The notes under the pieces were generated by a model that saw nothing but the letters and a program-made list of their open reading frames with translations, did not search any database and was not told the DNA's origin. From positions 320,001 to 384,000 of the forward strand of contig CAVWEH010000001.1 of the NCBI GenBank assembly GCA_963753975.1: DNA of 64,000 nucleotides, read 5' to 3'. Made by a program: the position numbers and the translations under genes. Shown one piece after another: positions 61,564 to 64,000 of the stretch; within the stretch, counting starts at the first letter, position 1, and each line of letters begins with the position of its first letter. Source of the stretch: an uncultured delta proteobacterium (GTDB lineage: Bacteria; Desulfobacterota; Syntrophia; Syntrophales; Smithellaceae).

Positions 61564-62961
61564 TCAAACTGGATTTTGGATGGAGAAAGAATCTAAAGTT
61601 CTTTGCGCTAAGGATAACTTCTCCAAATAGATCGTAATCATCGGCGGTAATGATTTTACATTTTACGATCTAGCCGATTTTGGTGTCGCTTGCCTTTAAC
61701 ATAGGTTACACCGTCAATTTCCGGGGCTTGCCGGCGGCATCTGCCCATGAAGTCATAATCCGGCCTGTCGCTTTTTTCTTCGATAAGTACTTCCTGCATG
61801 GCACCGATTAAATTCTTATTGCTGGCGTTGGATATAGCTGCCTGCTCATTCATAATCAAATCCCTGCGGCGCTCTTTTTCTTTTTCTGATATCTGTGCTT
61901 TTAACTTTGCCGCGTTTGTTCCTTCTTCCCGCGAATAGGTAAAAACACCTAGATGGTCAAATTTTGTTTCACGCACAAAGTCGAGCAATTTTTCAAATCT
62001 TTTTTTTGTTTCGCCCGGAAAGCCGACGATGAGCGATGTCCTCAGCGCGACATCGGGAATTATTTCCCTTGCCTTAACGATAATTTCTTTAATTTTTGTG
62101 CCGGTCACTTTACGGTTCATGGCTGAAAGAATTGTATCGTCAATATGCTGAATCGGCAAATCAATATAGCGGCAAATTTTTTCATTCGCTGCTATAACGT
62201 CCATCAACTCATTGGTAATATGCGCCGGATGAGCATAAAGAAGCCTAATCCATTTGATCCTTTTGATTTGCGCCATGTCGTTTAACAGGTCGGATAACCG
62301 CGGCCGGTCTTTTAAATCCCTGCCGTAGGCTGTCGTATCTTGAGCAGTGATAATGACTTCCTTTATTCCTTGGGCAGCCAGGATTTTCGACTTCTCTCAA
62401 GATATCATTGGCTTTCGGCTGCGGGCTTTACCGCGAATAGTCGGTATCACGCAGTAAGAACAACAATTGGAACAACCGTCAGAAATTTTTATATAGGCGG
62501 TGGTTGTTTTCGCCGGCAGTATTCTGGGATGGTGGCAGTTCATTAAAAAATTAGGTTTGGTAATTACATCGGCGCGCCGAAAATTAGTTTTATCCAGTTT
62601 ATTTATGTGCCGGACAATGTTGCCGATTTCGCCGGTACCGATAAATAAATCCACTTCGGGAATTTGGGCGGAGAGTTCCTTGCCGTAGCGTTGAGCAAGG
62701 CATCCGGCGACAACCAGCTTAAATTGGCTGTCGCCTTTTTTCTTCGCTTCCGCCAGAGTTAAAATTTCTTCTAGGGATTCTTCCTTGGCCGGATTGATAA
62801 AGGCGCAAGTATTGACAATGATGATGTCGGCTGAATCGTTGCGATCAACTGTTTGCAGGCCGGACTTATTTAAGAGGCCGCCCATTACTTCTGAGTCAAT
62901 GAGATTTTTGGGACAACCCAAACTGACGATATGTACCTTCTGCTGTTTTATTGTTCTTCAA
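61564..62961 (-). CDS. rimO: Ribosomal protein S12 methylthiotransferase RimO; several indels as sequenced
   Basis: SLGCPKNLIDSE, NTCAFI, GCLAQRY, ISDGCSNCCSYCVIP, LRTSLIVGFPGET, QAPEIDG, ADDYDLFG; ends approximate. Confidence 0.9.
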
Positions 62962-64000
62962 CGCGGGAGCTTTCGAACTAAGGACTTTTCTGGGTTTGGC
63001 GCCGTCAGATGGGCCGACAATGCCTTCGCGCTCCATTTGCTCAATGATGCGCGCCGCGCGGTTATAACCGATTTTCATATAACGCTGAATCAACGATATG
63101 GAAGCCTGTCCCAGTTCACCAATCAAAGCCACGGCTTCGTCGTATTTTTCGTCATAATTATCATCTTCGTGCTGAGCCTGAGCAGCGGCCAACTCGAATT
63201 TTTCGATGGAAGAATCATATGCGGGTTGTGCCTGCATTTTGATGAAATCGACAATGCGGGAAATTTCCTTGTCCGAAACATAAGCTCCGTGGATGCGCGA
63301 AAGCTTGGATGTGCCCGGCGGAATAAAAAGCATATCTCCGGCGCCGAGAAGCTGTTCTGCGCCCTGCTGGTCGATAATTGTGCGGGAATCGATTTTAGAA
63401 GACACCTGAAACGAAATACGTGTGGGGAAATTCGCTTTAATCAAACCGGTAATAACATCCACCGACGGCCGCTGAGTCGCAATAATAAGATGAATGCCGG
63501 CCGCCCGAGCCATCTGCGCCAGACGTGTCAGCGATTCTTCCACATCGCGCGGCGCGATCATCATTAAATCAGCCAGCTCGTCGATAACAACGACAATGTA
63601 AGGAAGTTTTGTATGATTAATCGGCGCTTCGCTTTCCGCGGTGCCGGTTGAAGGATACGCGAATTCGGGTTTATGCCATGATTCGGACTGCTGCTCTTTT
63701 GCCTCACGAAATGCCTTGCTCTTTATGCCTTTGGCGAGCAATTCGTTGTAAAAGTCGATGCTTTTCGCGCCGATATCGCTGATCACGCGATAGCGCCTTT
63801 CCATCTCTTCCACCGTCCAGCGTAAAACCTGCGAAGCTTTTTTGGGATCAACAACAACAGGGTGAATTAAATGCGGGATGCCGCCGTAAGATGATAGCTC
63901 CAGCCTTTTCGGATCAATCATGAGGAATTTGACATCATCGGGCTTTGCTTTAAAAAGAATACTGCAGATCATCGCGTTCAGCGCTACACTTTTGCCGGAG
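62896..64000 (-). CDS. ftsK: DNA translocase FtsK, C-terminal part (5' beyond window)
   Basis: SGKSV Walker A at the window edge, IDPKRLEL, VIDELADLMM, ATQRPSVDV, gamma domain IGYNRAARIIE; true stop probably 62958-62960 after fixing an extra base near 62979. Confidence 0.96.
   Translation of the reverse strand, partial: SGKSVALNAMICSILFKAKPDDVKFLMIDPKRLELSSYGGIPHLIHPVVVDPKKASQVLRWTVEEMERRYRVISDIGAKSIDFYNELLAKGIKSKAFREAKEQQSESWHKPEFAYPSTGTAESEAPINHTKLPYIVVVIDELADLMMIAPRDVEESLTRLAQMARAAGIHLIIATQRPSVDVITGLIKANFPTRISFQVSSKIDSRTIIDQQGAEQLLGAGDMLFIPPGTSKLSRIHGAYVSDKEISRIVDFIKMQAQPAYDSSIEKFELAAAQAQHEDDNYDEKYDEAVALIGELGQASISLIQRYMKIGYNRAARIIEQMEREGIVGPSDGAKPRKVLSSKAPALKNNKTAEGTYRQFGLSQKSH

Noticed and set aside
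61670..61672. In-frame TAG in the corrected rimO tail (pyrrolysine or recoding)
   Set aside because: It lies in an error-dense patch, TAG is used as a normal stop elsewhere in the window, and no pyl genes are present.
62385..62412. In-frame TGA (62397-62399) between two same-frame rimO ORFs, suggesting selenocysteine or readthrough
   Set aside because: The alternative frame reads NDILREVE, the expected RimO-like sequence; a compensating -1/+1 indel pair explains it, and the position is not a Cys site.
62785..63567. 260-aa plus-strand ORF, and similar antisense ORFs such as 13008-13616, 20531-21130 and 56974-57552
   Set aside because: Shadows of well-supported opposite-strand genes, with no recognisable motifs.

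Overview
64 kb of mostly housekeeping chromosome from an anaerobic Gram-negative bacterium. Gene content and repeat style suggest a Syntrophales/Smithella-like deltaproteobacterium (inference). In order: flavin/redox genes, a Fic gene, a MATE transporter, anaerobic glycerol genes (glpK-glpABC), a TetR-led RND efflux operon with two outer-membrane factors, rlmN/icd/aconitase, mtgA, thiolase, tRNA-Asn, FrhB-like + iorAB + fprA-rubredoxin-rubrerythrin, mutS, a ZraPSR-like sigma54 locus, fbp/aldolase/ADH, nnr, a divergent FabK-like/epoxide-hydrolase unit, polyprenyl synthase, rimO and partial ftsK. I saw no CRISPR array, rRNA, transposase, integrase or prophage. About 14 single-base indels break otherwise conserved genes and are most likely consensus errors. 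The best candidate for something undescribed is non-coding: short palindromic modules that appear to insert into other repeats and into themselves (filled and empty sites both visible, one module with stem covariation and a flipped loop). Also notable: a leaderless Fic-HTH gene with a candidate operator, two unannotated small ORFs, and several clear operator architectures. Novelty cannot be confirmed without database searches.
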